A DNA stretch of 64,000 nucleotides from Minutocellus sp. GHC0000111. Lineage: Eukaryota. Below the pieces are notes generated by a model. The model did not search any database. It had not been told where the DNA came from and saw nothing but the letters and a program-made list of their open reading frames with translations. The stretch spans positions 1,984,001 through 2,048,000 of the forward strand of contig OZ361258.1 of NCBI GenBank assembly GCA_977018835.1, in the 5' to 3' direction. Positions 48,615 through 59,665 of this stretch are shown here, piece by piece (position 1 is the first letter of the stretch; each line of letters begins with the position of its first letter). A program made the translations under genes and the position numbers.

Positions 48615-50872
48615 TACAGAAACTTCGCCGGCGGCGTACTAGTAATGCTATCAGTCGGAGCTGCTGATAGATCTATCGATATACAATTGTACTGGGCTAA
48701 CTAGCCCTATAACTTAGCTAACGGTCCTCAGAGGATACCGTTGCAACGATACTTCACAAGATGGGCCATTTCAGCCGTTGCCACTGACGTATCTGCTTAC
48801 GTACGGCAGACGGACGAAAACCCCGGCTGATTTTCTCTACTCTCCCCCTAGATCGACTACTGTTAGATCTAGCCTTGGGATCAGCTTCATTTCATTAAAT
48901 CAATAGAATCAAATTTCAAAACATATAAAAGTATAAACCGAAGTGCTTCCCGCGCAAGCTGCTTCCCGCATGTGCTTCCCCAGCGCCCTGAGACTCCAAC
49001 CAAGTTGGATCTAATCTCACTGTGGGCCCGGACCTCCTTGAGGCTCCGGCACTGGCTGGGTACATCCACACCGGTACGTCCAGCTCACCTACGGTACATC
49101 CACTTCTCCGCTTGGGCATCCTTCTTGACGCCCAACAGAATCTTGGTCAACATGTCGGCGATGTTGAACTTGCCGTGGGTAAACCCCACCATCCAAATCT
49201 TGGCAGCTGAAGCCTCACGGACGGCATGGTAGCAGACACCCAGGTGCTTCTTGTTGAGCTTGGCCTCCGGCACCGAAGCTCCGTTGGCGACGGACTTGTT
49301 GTCGCACCATACGACGGCTGGCCCGTCGAGCGGTACGCCCATCATGCGCAACTTATAGCGCAGATCCTTGACGAACTCGAGGCAGGTCCTCATCCCAACA
49401 ATCTCGGAACCGAAGGTAGAAGACTCGATGGTAGCCTGACGCTTGGAATGCCAGAAGATCGGAGCTGATTGGACGAAGATCAGGATTCCGGTGTGGCTGC
49501 GGCGGGTGAGACGGTCACCTGCGTGGTCGGCATCGACCCATGCGTTGATCTCAACGGGCTTACCGAGCGGGGTAGGGGCATCGCTCGGTACCTCCTCCTT
49601 AACGTCACCGTAGAACTCGAACCAGTCGGCATCCTTGGTGAACCTGCTGCTGAGCCTCTCGTCCTTGAGGAAGCCCATCGGCGCCGACTTCATCACGACC
49701 TTGGAATTCTTGATCTTGTCGAGGTAGGCAACGATGTTGAGGGCCTCGTCAAGGTGACCCTGACGGGGTAGGGCCAAATGTCTCGACAGAAGAGACACCT
49801 CGGTAGCGATGTCGGCTCGGCCGAGCTCAACAGCCCAGCGCAGACAACCGATAATCTCCTGGAAATAGTTGATCTGATCGTCTTTCAACTCGGGCGTAGT
49901 ATCCATCTCCGGGCGGTAACCGATGGTAAGAGGGGACCTCTGATTGGCGTTCAGCATCCGACCAGCCTGCTCGAGCTTGACCTTGACGTCGGCGACGAAG
50001 TTGGCAACGTAATCATCGCCGGACGTGCTCCAATACTCCTTGCCCTCGGGATCGTTGGGATCACGGTACTTGGCGATCTTCGATCCGAGGTAGATGTCGG
50101 GCGGTCCGTAGCACTTGCCGGTCTTTTTGTCCTCCTTCAACTTGTAGACCTGGCCGATTGCTTCCATAATGGAGCCACACCGGCGACTGATCACCATCAA
50201 ATCATCGGTGTGAATGAGAACGTACTCATAGTACCGCTCCCCGGAAGGGTTGCCGTCCTCGTCGGTAGCTCCAACCTTGGTAGGATCAACAGCGGCGCGC
50301 ATCCAGACATCACCGTCGGCCTTGCAGGGTATGAAACCCATGTCCCTCATCACCTACGATGGTAGCCTTGATGCCACCTTCATCACGAAGAACCTTCTGC
50401 CACTCCTTCTTTTCCGTCATCTCCTTCGCACCGTCGCTGTGAAGGTGCTCCGGTACTCCACTGTTGATGAAGTACTGGGTGGTCTTGGGGAGGAATTCCT
50501 TGAGGAACTTGACTGCGGCCTCGAAGTTAAGGCGCTTACCGTTGAAGTCGGTCCTAACGCTCTGCATGCCCTGTGTCAAGATTGCGTCTGGGCGACGGAA
50601 GATTTCTAGCAAGTCCAATACCTTGCGCTCTGCTGACTGGGGGCGACTAATATCGTCGAGGGATTGGTGTAGAGTCCGAAGGTCCCCGCAGCAGTCCTCG
50701 AAGGACTTACCGACCTTACCACCGTCGAACTTGACCTTGGCGATATCCTTGAGCAAGAGGGTTTTCTGATCCTCGACGCTCTGAGTGCCATACATATACT
50801 CCTTGATATCCAGATACGAGAGACGACCATTACGTACGGCAGACGGACGAAAACCCCGGCTGATTTTCTCTA
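48615..50872 (-). mobile_element. Internally deleted Ty1/Copia element with TA...TA LTR termini and a 4-bp TSD (CGCA)
   Basis: RT/RNaseH ORF at 49085-50353 (CKADGDVW, HTDD, VDADHAG, SKRQATIESSTFGSE). PPT AGGGGGAGAG precedes the 3' LTR (48615-48839). A 43-bp 5' LTR remnant (50830-50872) is identical to 48797-48839. CGCA flanks both ends. Confidence 0.92.
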
Positions 50873-51031
50873 CGCACGCCTGCTTCGCCGATGAAAAAGC
50901 CGGTTCGCTAATGATGATGGCGGCCGCCAATGCCCTCACGTACATCCGGTCAGTATGCGCCTGCCATAAATGTAATTGCCCCAAAAGAATTGCAACGCAT
51001 CAATCGGAATTTCTTCACTCATTCTTTTCCA

Positions 51032-52376
51032 TGTTTGCAACCATGAACTCGCGGCTGTTCCTCCCAGATTCACAGGCAAGTGCTGTCCAATTCCCTCCAT
51101 CGTGCCCAGTCATCTTTGCCGAACCCGCCAAAAGATCTTCTTTTGATGTTGATGGGAGCGAAGCGGCTACTGCGTCTTCCAATGACAAAGGCATGTCAGT
51201 TCGACTGGGCGAAGTCACGTCTGTTTACATTGACATATCCGCTGGGTCGAACAGGGAACTGATCTACGTCGTCGAACTTCCCAATCCAAAGAAAGATGCG
51301 TCGCCAAGCGCCAATACTACTCGTACGACGATCGACGTCCCAGAGAGTTCCCTCCGATATGCTCCCAACTGCCCAGCACTCTTCGACCTGGAAAATCTGG
51401 CCGTGGCCGCTCAGGATGCTACAAGTGAAACGCCGTGTGGGAGCACAATCATGCCTGCACTCGATACTGCGACAGCTGCTCGTGGCACCATTCTTTGCGG
51501 CATTCCAACTATCTTGGCGGGCAACCTCCGAGCGGTTTCATACTCGGGATTGATCTATCTCGAAGACGGCGGTTTGCGTGAATATCACAACATCCCCTTA
51601 GGTGCATCCGGTTTGATCCCACATCAACTACCAACACTGGAACCATCGCGATTGCCCCTCTTACCAGCAACCTTTCGACCAATGTCAGTAGCCTTGATGC
51701 CACCAAGCCCAACATCATATCAAAGCAGTCGAGCATCGACGACAACGCCAATGACGACGACGAGGATGGTAGCGGTGCTGAGGATACAAAGTGCCGCACG
51801 CTTTTGAATGCCAACAAATGTGAAGAACTAAACATTGCCAACTCTTCTGTCCCCGATCCTTCATCGAATATCCGTAACCTCATTACCACCAAGTCAAACA
51901 CTGTCTCAGAGAAGCCCAAATCTCTCGCCAATGAGACCAACTGTCCTCCGCCTACAAGTGTTCAATGTACCGCTCCAGCTGTAGTATGTGCTTCACCTCA
52001 AACAAAGACAAACGCCATCATAAATGAAACTATCCCCGATGGTAATGATAAGAAGGGAGACGCTGCTGTTGTCAGCCCAACCGTGGTTCGCTCTTCGCCG
52101 CATTTTCGTAGGCTGCAGCTTCATCTCGAGAAAGAATCGTCTATTCTTAAACAACTACAACCGCCTGACTTGTCCTTGTCTAGGAACGAGATTAAACCAA
52201 GAGGGAAAGGAACAAAGGGAAAGACGCAAGATAGAAAATCAACGAAGGTAACTGCGACAAAGAAAAGTAAGCCCCGTAAGAAAGGCCATGGAAGTCGGCG
52301 ATCTTCGGGTTTTGGCCGAAGCCGTGGCCGTACCTTTGCTCGTAACGATGGTCTCAACAGCAAAGGCCGTTGTTAG
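51032..52376 (+). pseudogene. Uncharacterised diatom-type protein with a probable 1-nt deletion near 51601
   Basis: Contains FPPSCPVIF...GEVTSVYID...VPESSLRYAPNCP. Shifting frame at TTA GG TGC gives CIRFDP..., which is open and in frame with the 51804 ORF. Confidence 0.55.
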
Positions 52377-52552
52377 GAAAAGTGCAATCACTCCAGCCAA
52401 TCTACAATGAAACAAACAAAACAATGAAACAAACAATTCTCTCAATTCGGTCGTCATCGACAGCGAGCGCTTCGTGTCCTATTACATATCCAGATCATAT
52501 TGCATTTGAAATATCTAAATTTAGTTTTTACAGTTAGATTCGCGGTACGAAT

Positions 52553-55136
52553 CTAGGCCGTCTTGGTTCGAAGTGCTTGTGCATCTTCGATCAAAACAGA
52601 TTGCTCTTCGAATATACTGAGAGCATACTCATAAAGCTGCAAGTCGGCCCATTGCGATCGGGCCAAAGCTGCAGCCTCAACATCGCTTGGAACAGCATGC
52701 TCGGCATATCTTTGGAAATGTTGCACACAATCAAGTGGCTCTCCTTTTAAGGGCCAGCCAAAGTACTGCGCAAATCGTCGGAGGGATTCGTCCAATTTGT
52801 CCGTAAATCCAATGATGAGTTTTCGTCGAATGATCTCCTTGGCAGCATCGATGCTTTCTCCGGTAAGAGACTTCATTGGCTCGTTGGTAAGGACTCGCAC
52901 CAAGCTGTTGTGCCGTTCAAACGAAGTCGGTTCTTTGCCAAAATTGATCCAGTCAAGGAAGGTCATGTCTTCAGGGATGGCCTGGGTGGAAGCAAGGTAC
53001 TTGTATTTGGACAGCTCCCGGGTAAAGGGATGCTGGAGAATCGAAAATACTCTCCCTCGGTGAGATGGATCGAAGAGATCGGACACATCGTGAAGTTGAT
53101 CCGTGAGAAGCACGCTTGCTGAACCATCGCCGATTGAATCGATGCCGCTGCCTTTTCGTATGTGATTGGGGCCAAATGCCATATACTTGACCAAATCACC
53201 ATCGCCCTCAAAGATGTCGGGGTGGCCCTGTTATTCCAAGCGAGAAGATTGAAGAAACGAAAGTTTTAGAAAAAGGAGTAAAATATAGAATACCAGGTAA
53301 AAAAGGATCAATGGTGCCCTGCTGACTCACCTCGACCATCATGTCTTGCTTTATGTTTTCCAGTTCTCCATGCGTTGTGGCAAGGGACATGCCATAGCAC
53401 TGACCGAGAATTCCCGACATGGCATATCCAGCACTGAACTGCCCATCCCAATACAACGGCACGTCGGTGTGGAGGAATTCGTCCCATATGTTGGCCAAGT
53501 GGTCCGAGGACGAGTGGGGGATGTAAATGCCCTCCTCATCGATGGAGTGGGCGGTGTTGTAGTCAGTCAGAGGTACGAGCATGTTGAGAGTTCGGGCGGA
53601 ATCTGGATTCTTGCCGCTGGTAGCAATCTCCTTGGCATCGTCCTGTCGTTGGTCCTTTGCCTCGGCAGTCTTTTCGGTGATATCTTCGATTTCTCTCTGC
53701 CCGCCACTGCTCTCGGCAGTCTCGGCCACGGCATCGACGCCAATGCTAACCGAAACGGTTGCGGGCTTGGTCCGACTTCGGAACACGATCGATCGAACAG
53801 TCTCCTCGCTGGTGGTGTAGGCATCTTTGATGGCCGTGGCGGGACCGCTCTGCGGCAGGGCCAGGAGGACGACGCCGCACGTCAGAGCACTGATGACGGC
53901 AACGCTGGCGCATACCATCTTCATGGTCGACAGACGGGGGAACTTGGTCGGACGGCCGTCGGCGTCGTAGTCGTCCAGGCCGTATCCCAGCTTGCTGCCG
54001 GTGCCACTCGAGGCCGAGGCCATCCGACGCTTCTCGAGGTGATCGCCCTGCTCCATCGAGGAGAGGAAGTTCTCCCGGCCCATGGTCCGGAGGGAGTGGC
54101 GACGCTTGGCCATGATGGTCTGGGCGGCCAGACCCTCCCGGGAGGGACGGATGAGCTTGCCAAAGATCCGGGTGGGGTCAGTGGAACGCGAGCCGGACGT
54201 GGCGGTCGACTTGCCGCTGCTGGTCGAATGCTTGTGATGCACGTGGCTTGATCCGCTGCCACTGCCCGAGGAAGTGATCTTGTCTCTTGAGGTGGTGGTA
54301 CGCGAATAGGAACCGGAGTGACTGCCGGAGCTCGAACCGCCCGTACCGATCTGGCTGGAGCTGTTGCGGCTGCCGCCCGTGGAGACGGAACCGAACTCGT
54401 CGACGTCGTACGGGTTGTCGGGGTCGGCGTGGACGGATCCGGCGTCGGCCTCGCGGAGGACCATGGCGTGGCGCTGGTAGGACTGGCCGAGGGCGCGGTG
54501 GCCCTCCTCGCGGTCCCATCCCTCCCAGCCCCGTCCGCCGCCGAAGGAGGCACCGCCGGCCGTGGAGGTGGAGGCGGCAGTACCGCCTGCCGCCGGGGCG
54601 TTGGTCGAAATGGCGGCACAGGTCGAGTCTTGAATGACGGCGGACGATACGGGTGCAAAGCTGTGGGCGTCGGGTGGGGTGGTGGGCTTGCTTCCTGCCG
54701 CACCACCGGTGGTCGTAGTACCAATGACGTTGCCATCGTCGTCGCGTTGGATGCCCAGCCGCTTCAGAAGGCTGGACTGGCTGTCCCTCAAACTTCCCTG
54801 GGAGGCGTGGAGGGATTCGATCCGATCGGACAGCGACGAGGCGGTCCGGCTGCTGCGCGAACCGGACGAGCGAGATGACCGACGGCTGAGGGCGGAGGAC
54901 GAGTCGTCGGCGCTGCCGGATCGGACCGAAAGGAGGGACTCGCGCTCGGAGGTGATGGTCGACGGGGCCCCTATGGAGGGATCCTCCTCCTCCTCGGCGA
55001 GGTTGTCGTTACGGCGGCTGCTGCCGCCGTCGCCGCTGCCTCCGTCGTGCTCGTGATCGTCCAGGAGGGGATCGCTGATGGACGACGTCGTCGAGGCCTG
55101 GCCCAGAGACGAGCCGCCGCTGCCGTGGGAGGACAT
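52553..55136 (-). CDS. Sulfotransferase-like type II membrane protein with a long Ser/Gly-rich N-terminus (intron 53228-53330)
   Basis: After the TM come DVPLYW, GRVFSILQHPFTRELSKY (3'-PB-like), NSLVRVL, IGFTDKLDESLRRF and DLQLYEYA. The intron joins in frame. Confidence 0.8.
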
Positions 55137-55957
55137 GGCTAGCTTGGCAAATCGAAGTGCGTAAAATAAACTCCTGGCGGGCTTTCACGGGATCTGCTTC
55201 AATCTGTGCGATGCTACCGCTTCTCTGAGCGCGTCGAATGTCCCCTGGCCTAGCCTTGCCTGCAATATTCAGACTACTTTTTCGAAAAAGTAGCGCCCAA
55301 AGAACTACTCTCGGCACAAGATGTGCTCCGTCGGTATCGGCAAGGAGAGCAGACTCCTCGGCAGATTCGGTGGCCGGTAGGACCCAGCCACGTTCTCCGA
55401 ATCAATTATTGGGTTCCAAAGGCCGGGTGCGTCGGACAAACGTCGGTCGGCCGTCGAGCGGTATCGACTCAATGGGCGCAAACACCCGCCAAAGAAAAAA
55501 ATGAGATGGCAATGTAGCGCTACGCACCCCACACGTATCTTGCCAATTTGTTCGGGCGAGAGAGGATGGAACAATATATTCCAGTCTTCTATCTCTCAAC
55601 CTCGGTTATATATGTTGGGCTTTCGAGATGTGCATGTTGCGGGCGTTGTTCTATTTCGGGAGGCAAGGCAAGCTGCTTTGCCCTTTCCATGAGTGCCGGC
55701 CATTGCCCGCCTTGGGGTCACTTTCGACGTCTTTGTCGGGTTGGTGTGTGCCGCTTCTATCAGGGTTAGGGTTCTGAGCGGGGGTCATAGAGTACAGCTT
55801 CGCCGGTGCTCGTACTCGAATCGTCTACATGTACGTACGTCACACACCCGAACAACGACGAGGCGACGAGCAGAGGCGAGGCAGAGCACTTCTATTCTTC
55901 CACCTTGGAACCTCTCACTCTCCCGCATTTACATAAGTAAGACCAAAGGAAGCAGTC

Positions 55958-57256
55958 ATGTCCGATCAGGAGGCGCAGGACGATGCCCGCAGAGCGGCCG
56001 AGGCGCTCCTCCTGCGGGCGGAGCAGCGGCTGTCATCTCCCACGGGCGCAAGCGCAGGCGCAGGCAGCACGAGCGGCAGCACTTCGAGCACCACGCCAAC
56101 CGCGGCCGCCGCGGCACAGCAGGCGCAGGCGTCCCTCAAATCGGCCCTGACCAAGGCGCAGGGGTCGATCAAGTCCGCGCAGGACAAGATGTCGGCGTCG
56201 ATCGAAATCATGGAGAAGACGGCGGTGGAAAAGATGGAGGCGGTGGCGGCCAAGACCAAAATTGCCAATGCTGGTACCGACGCCAATGCCGGGGGTACCG
56301 CCGACGCTACGGGGGAGGTCGGGCCGTCGAAATCTGCCGCAAGCACTGTCAATGCCGATGCCTCCGAATCTGAGCCGGAAGCCAACGCCAGTACCGCAAG
56401 TGCAGCTTCAAGTGCGGACAGCGCGGCTTCGATGAAGGCGGCATTGGGCAGGGCGCAGGGGAGCATCCGTTCGTTTCAGGAGAAGATGTCAACCTCCCTC
56501 GATGCCGTCAAAACGCAAACGCAGGAAAAGGTATCGGCCTCGCTCAGCGTGGTGAAGCAAATTGACTCGTCCTCGTCGACGGAAGCCAAAAGTACCGAAG
56601 CTGCTGCAAGTGCAGGAGCAAACGAAAAGATCGAAAAGCTCAAGAGCGAAAGCACGGCCATGGTCCAGGAGGCCGGCAAATCCATGAAGTCGGCCTTCCG
56701 CTTGGCGCAGGGCAAGATGACGGCGTCCATGCAAAGTCTCAAGTTGGAAACGGCCAAGCAACGCGCCACCGGTACCAATGCCACTGCTAGTGTGAATGCA
56801 TCAGCAACGGACCAACAAGATATCGATGCCAAAATGTTCTCCGATATTGTGCTGGAGCAGATTGAATTGTGTAAAAGCATGATGATGTCGCAGAATGATG
56901 ATACCGGTGATGAGAAGGGACCTCCGTCCGAGGCATTGTTGGCGGTGGTTGGCAATTTGGAAACGTCCTCTGCGAGACTGGCGTCTCTGATCGACGCAGG
57001 CGCCGAGGGAGAACTGGACGAGGAGACGATGGAACGGGTATTGTCGGTCCATGACGAGCTTCGAAAGACGCTGGATGAATTTTGCAAGACGATGCCACCT
57101 CCCACAACAGAGGAGGAGACCAGTGCAACATCCGTTGGCTCAGATGGCGCTATTGCAGCAGTTGCTGCTGATACAAGTCCTACCTCTGACGGCGGCGACT
57201 CGGCAGCAGAGTCAGAGAAGCCGGGAATGGAATTGGGTAACACGACAGCTCTTTAG
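55958..57256 (+). CDS. Protein with repeated amphipathic helices and a C-terminal GAT-like domain
   Basis: Three S[LM]KxA[LF]xxAQGxxxxxxxxM-like repeats, and LASLIDAG...EETMERVLSVHDELRKTLDEF resembling Tom1/GGA GAT. Confidence 0.7.
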   Translation: MSDQEAQDDARRAAEALLLRAEQRLSSPTGASAGAGSTSGSTSSTTPTAAAAAQQAQASLKSALTKAQGSIKSAQDKMSASIEIMEKTAVEKMEAVAAKTKIANAGTDANAGGTADATGEVGPSKSAASTVNADASESEPEANASTASAASSADSAASMKAALGRAQGSIRSFQEKMSTSLDAVKTQTQEKVSASLSVVKQIDSSSSTEAKSTEAAASAGANEKIEKLKSESTAMVQEAGKSMKSAFRLAQGKMTASMQSLKLETAKQRATGTNATASVNASATDQQDIDAKMFSDIVLEQIELCKSMMMSQNDDTGDEKGPPSEALLAVVGNLETSSARLASLIDAGAEGELDEETMERVLSVHDELRKTLDEFCKTMPPPTTEEETSATSVGSDGAIAAVAADTSPTSDGGDSAAESEKPGMELGNTTAL

Positions 57257-57642
57257 TAGAGAATAGAATAGAGTATCACTTATTAAAAGTAGATACTTTT
57301 GATTGAGTTCTTGAGATTTGCTGGCTCAGTGCATGTACATATTCCCGTTGTCCTTCTTTTATTGCTTCTCTCAAAGCAAGTTGCGTTTGTTGGGGCTACG
57401 TAGATTTACACGTGCTCTGATAGCTCCTGGTGGTGGGATCGTTGTTGTGTGCCGGAATCGCCGCAAAGATCGTCTCTGTGGTGGTCTTTTCGGCCGCCAG
57501 CACCAGTGACAAAAATGCTCGTTCCCATTTATGAATGAATTCGCAGCATATTGTGGTCCCAATATCGATTGGTTTGATGTACCTGTAGTTCAGATCTACA
57601 TGCACATGTACCATTGGTAGATTCTACCGGTACATGTACATG

Positions 57643-59135
57643 TAGAGTGATTTCACGAGAGAGCAGACACCCCCTCCGCGATGTTTCGTAAACATTGTAC
57701 CAACTTCCTTTTATTGATGATCCTTACTCAGAAGGGTATTGTAGACCATAATCAACAATAAAAGGAAGTTGGTACAATGATCTTGGTGCTCTTTTAGCAC
57801 ATGATATAGATACGGTATTAGAGTGTTTCTTTTGGTACACTATTGTTTGAAAATTTATTTTTATGTCGTAGAATACACTTGTGCTGTTTCAAGAAAGAAA
57901 AAATACATCAAACTTTATAACGAAACAAAACCCATTTCGTTCAACGAATGGGGCCACAACATGTGTCGCCGACGTGCCTCCCATTGAGAACAATCAAGAC
58001 TACGGGGCACCATACCCTTGTAATAGCCTTTCACAACACTGTGGTGCAGCAGGAGACTTGCAATTACTTTTTTGAGCCTTGAAAAATTCGTTCGCGTTAG
58101 ACCCGATTTTTTCGACAGTTTCCGACGTTCCATCACGACCATGTTCGCCCGATGTACAGCACCACCCCGGCCATCGCATACACTCTGACCACCTAGATGC
58201 CTTCCTGAATATTACTGGAAGGGATTTTTGGGCGATAGCGGTGCGTCGGTGCGTGCCTGTACCGCGAATTGTGGCCCAGCGCCATTACCACCCCCATTAC
58301 ACCACCCATCCGAAAGTTGGTCCGGATGCTTTTATGCGGTCCATGCACCACTTCCGTTGCACTGAGCCGTCGACGCTTCACCCATATATATACCAAGCGT
58401 ATTTCAGTGGGTGGTGGTGGCATTTCTTGACAATTCATAGAGAAAACTATTCCCAAAGTCCCGTGTCTGATGTCGGCACCAGATTTCACCTTCATTGCTT
58501 CTGCCGCCCGAGAGGAACGAAACCGGAGAAAGCGGCCAAACCAACACGTGAGATCGATGGATGTAATATAGAATGAGCATCGTGCGTGCTGATATTGCGT
58601 GAAGGAACAGTGGTTGAGGCTTGAAGGGGGTTGTAGTTGGGGATTTGCTACTTTCAGATGTTTTTGCTTTCCATGGTGACGGCCACAATGATACAAAGAT
58701 GGGGCCCAATATCGACCCTCTGGCGCAAACTTGCTCCCAATATTACCCAAGTGAAAGTAATGCCGGTCAGGGAGGATTGAAATGGATGTAGACAAGCATC
58801 AGCCATCATTCTTTGCCATTTTGAGGGTAAAAAAATATTGAAAATTTCTGGGCATGAGGAGATGTTGCTAAAATAGCACATGATGTACGAATGAGTTTGC
58901 TTTCAAGTATGCAATACTCACCTAACGCATGTAGTTGGCGTATACATCGGTTGGCTTGGAGTTATTTATCGTTATACCATCATTTGGTGGCCTTCTTGTG
59001 GAGATGAATTCTCCTTGCTTTCGCCGTGTTGAGAGAGGCCATTTAGTGGGTTCTGCATAAAGTATCGCACAAAAAAATTTCCTAGTGCCTTACTATTTAC
59101 GGCGATTTTGTCGGCGGTCTCGTGGAATCACTCTG
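57643..59135. mobile_element. ~1.5-kb non-autonomous TIR DNA element (Tc1/mariner-like ends)
   Basis: Left end AGAGTGATTTCACGAGA matches the right-end reverse complement AGAGTGATTCCACGAGA at 16/17. The right end is ...CACTCTG|TA. The interior is AT-rich with no convincing ORF. Confidence 0.65.
57693..57779. repeat. Inverted repeat/hairpin with 24-bp perfect arms (29 bp with one mismatch)
   Basis: CATTGTACCAACTTCCTTTTATTG pairs with CAATAAAAGGAAGTTGGTACAATG. Confidence 0.9.
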
Positions 59136-59665
59136 TATTCTCAGCTCGTCATTCGAGTCGAGAATATGGTTACTACGAGCAGTTTAGAGAATTTAGAAGT
59201 GGACCTGAACGGCGCTATGAGTAATTATCTGCGGCTGGTTTTGCTTGTCCTACTTTCTTCGCTTCTCATCTTCTGATTATGTCGATCCTATAAACGTCTA
59301 CGTAGAAAATCGTTATACATGTATTTCGAATGCCTGCCGGCCGCCGCCTGCGGCTGCTGCCTGCCTGCAACCTGCAACGGAAAATTTCTGGAAGATCGGA
59401 GTATCAATTTTTACGCAAGCCTGCCTGGTCGGAATCTCACTCAATCGGCGATACAACTGCGAGGAAAATCATCGGCCACCCCACAGTGTGACCCGTCATG
59501 CATTACGACGCCTCTGATCTGCCAAAAGCTCTGCTCCTCTCCAGCCTGCTTGCTTGTCATCAGACCACGAATATCTATCTAACAAGTAAGCCTAGTGGGC
59601 TTGATCCCTGTGCCGGTAGCCGTAGCCGCGCTCGCAACTTCGATGATTCCGAGAAGTCGAAGAAA

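Noticed and set aside
50785..51031. 5' part of the 340-aa ORF
   Set aside because: It overlaps the Copia end on the antisense strand; the host gene more likely starts at 51032 or 51043.
58079..58881. ORFs inside the 1.5-kb TIR element as a transposase
   Set aside because: No DDE/DDD or HTH motifs were recognised.
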